Shown here piece after piece: positions 61,883-64,000 of a stretch of 64,000 bases of DNA. Source of the stretch: Lingula anatina (Eukaryota > Animalia > Brachiopoda); contig CM120641.1 of assembly GCA_051362555.1 (NCBI GenBank), positions 24,434,401 through 24,498,400 on the forward strand. The letters are read 5' to 3'. The position numbers and the translations under genes are program-made. Every line of letters starts with the position of its first letter. The stretch's first letter is position 1. The notes beneath the pieces are model-generated. The model had not been told where the DNA came from. It saw only the letters and a program-made list of their open reading frames with translations, and made no database searches.

Positions 61883-64000
61883 TTAGCAAGCCAGTCCCAT
61901 GTAAAGTTTTTTTGTATAGGTAAACTACCTCCCAGAACTATCGCTCCGCCATTATTGGCGTTGGGGGCACTATTTCTACGCTCTTTTTACAATCCAACTT
62001 ATTTCGTTTCCCACATTACAAGGTGTTGCCATATCAAAACTGTACTCCGAATAACTCTGCATTGACAAATATTCGGAAAGTGCATCCGCCAAATAACAAC
62101 GAGAGCGTAAACATGCACGGCAGTGTAAATTTGCCCGCCATCTTTGCAAATCTAACGGACGGGGATATTGAAATTGATATTACTGTCTATTGAAGCTACA
62201 AACTGCAATATAAATACTCACGGTGCTTCACTGCATATTCCTTAATCAGCTCCTCTTGTCTTTTGACGAAATTCTCCGGATACAATGAAAAAAACGCGAC
62301 TAAAGCGGGACCTTCGTTTCACTCTGCCGTAGACAAGCTACCTGGTCATTTGAAAACGAGGCTCGCCGTACCAACCCGAAGGCATCATGAGACGCGCGCC
62401 GCGGGAGACTCCCTTTGAAGTTTGAGCCACTGTCTTATCCTCTTTATTTTGGATCCTAGCTAAAAGATATCTTAAGGAAGTCATGACAGCATGAAAAACA
62501 AATACTCGACAGCGTGTATATTGTGTAGCATTCTCAAAACATCTTCGTGACAAACGGCGATTTAGTTTACATGGGTGATATCTATCATAGCCTTCATTAC
62601 AACCATTACAAATAGGCGTGCACTAAAAAAAAATCTGTAATGCCAAACGACACGATCATTTTAAGAAATCCAGGGCCTTAAATTCTAATTTTTGGAAATA
62701 AACCAAAGCATTTCGATTTGTTAAATGTTTATTGTCTTACTTGCACTTTGAACTACCAATTTAAGTACTTTTTCTGGGTAACTTTAGTCATCATCGTTTA
62801 GACAACGGTATTTCACTTGCGCATGTAGTTACGCCTTTTCACACATTGATGGCAAATTGTTGCATGCGAAAAAGGTAGCGAGGGGAATGCCGAATCAGGG
62901 GGTCATAAATTCCCTCCCTGGTCTATTCTTAGAACAATTTATACAATAGCACGGTCGCTAAGTGCTGACTCATCACTGTAACGAGACGCAGAGACGATGA
63001 GATAATCAGTGGCATCCCGATTACTTTTAAAAGGGGCGATTTTTATTTATTTATTATGGGAATTTACCCTCGCCCTTTTTGTCCACCGTTTGGCAGGCGA
63101 ATGAGGCATACGCTTGGAGACGTTCTCTTATGATTAAACCAGTAGATAGAGGACAAACAGGAGGACAAAAGCACCCACCAACCTCTCTTGCCACTCAGCT
63201 TCACTCTCTGCAAATTCAACACCAATCTTTATCTTTCTACCCTGCGTCTTCTAACTCCACACCATCTACACAACCCTCTTTGTTGTGATAAAGTTATAGA
63301 CCGTAAACGCTACATCCACGAAGAAATGGGAACCGTTTTAACGTCCAAACACTTAAAAACATAAATCATGCTGACCTTCGAGTTAGCTTAACTATTGTAC
63401 GGATTAAGAGTGAGTGTAGCGTTTATTTCCTTATAGTGATGGCTTTAAATGAATACCTGTAATTTTCTTTAAGTAAAGATGCTGAAGGCTTACAAAGTGT
63501 AATTTACCGTGGGTGTTATGGCAGAGTGCCAGATATACCATAGCTGATGGGCGCAACCAAAGAGCGGCTCCAGCATTGTGGAGAGGCGGAAGAAGGGGTA
63601 GAGGAGATGGAAAGCCCAAATAAAATGGAGCCAAACCCCAAAATTTTTTGACTCCAGCTCGTCGTTGCGAAAGTTCTGTGTGAAATTCGCCCCTGGATAA
63701 GCGGTCCCGTTTCAGCTGCTCTTTCACCCTTTCTCAGCCTTTCATTAAGTGATATAATCTTGACTCATTCTCTTCCCGTTTGTTTAATATCGCCCGCTAC
63801 ATCTAGCCTTCGAGCGGATAATGCCTGCGAAAGATGAAAATAATAATTATAACGAGATGTTCCCGACAAGTTCAACTGGCATGAATCATACTGCTGTAAC
63901 TACCGACTGCGCTCCCCGTGTCACCGTACGGATAACAGTATATACAGCGGTTATCTATGACTCCATCAATTCCAAATATATTTCATAAGAAATATATGTT

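Larger units (their letters stand above)
57977..62459 (-). mobile_element. Internally deleted P-superfamily (P/Galileo/THAP9-like) DNA transposon, 4483 bp
   Basis: Perfect 27-bp TIRs CTAGGATCCAAAATAAAGAGGATAAGA (57977-58003 and 62433-62459) and a 7-bp TSD CTAAAAG (57970-57976 and 62460-62466). Contains a P-type transposase C-terminal motif (FNQDPLEQYFSMQRNAGGANENP). Confidence 0.88.

Overview
AT-rich, intron-rich animal (invertebrate, probably lophotrochozoan; the taxon is an inference) genomic DNA. By hand-splicing exons with phase checks I reconstruct four host genes in the first 43 kb. (1) The 3' part of an STK31/TDRD8-like coiled-coil plus pseudokinase gene (+, 67-8396). (2) A DUF3715 (TEX15/TASOR pseudo-PARP) gene ending in a 3.76-kb low-complexity exon (-, 11641-18410). 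(3) A complete DNAJC17 (-, 20019-26792). (4) The highlight: a 19-exon, 1332-aa gene (+, 28699-42220) that joins in one reading frame a Bak-like Bcl-2 domain, a Roc GTPase, a COR domain and an intact-looking caspase (LSHG...QACQG...SWR). It suggests a single-polypeptide, GTP-switched death module, and I know of no described protein with this architecture. Introns and intergenic DNA carry several PIF/Harbinger-type MITE families, including a nested/abutting cluster. The right third has no recognisable host gene, is visibly CpG-richer, and holds a 4.5-kb internally deleted P/Galileo-superfamily transposon (57977-62459; 27-bp TIRs, 7-bp TSD) with two convergent ORF remnants. All family assignments come from remembered motifs, not database searches.
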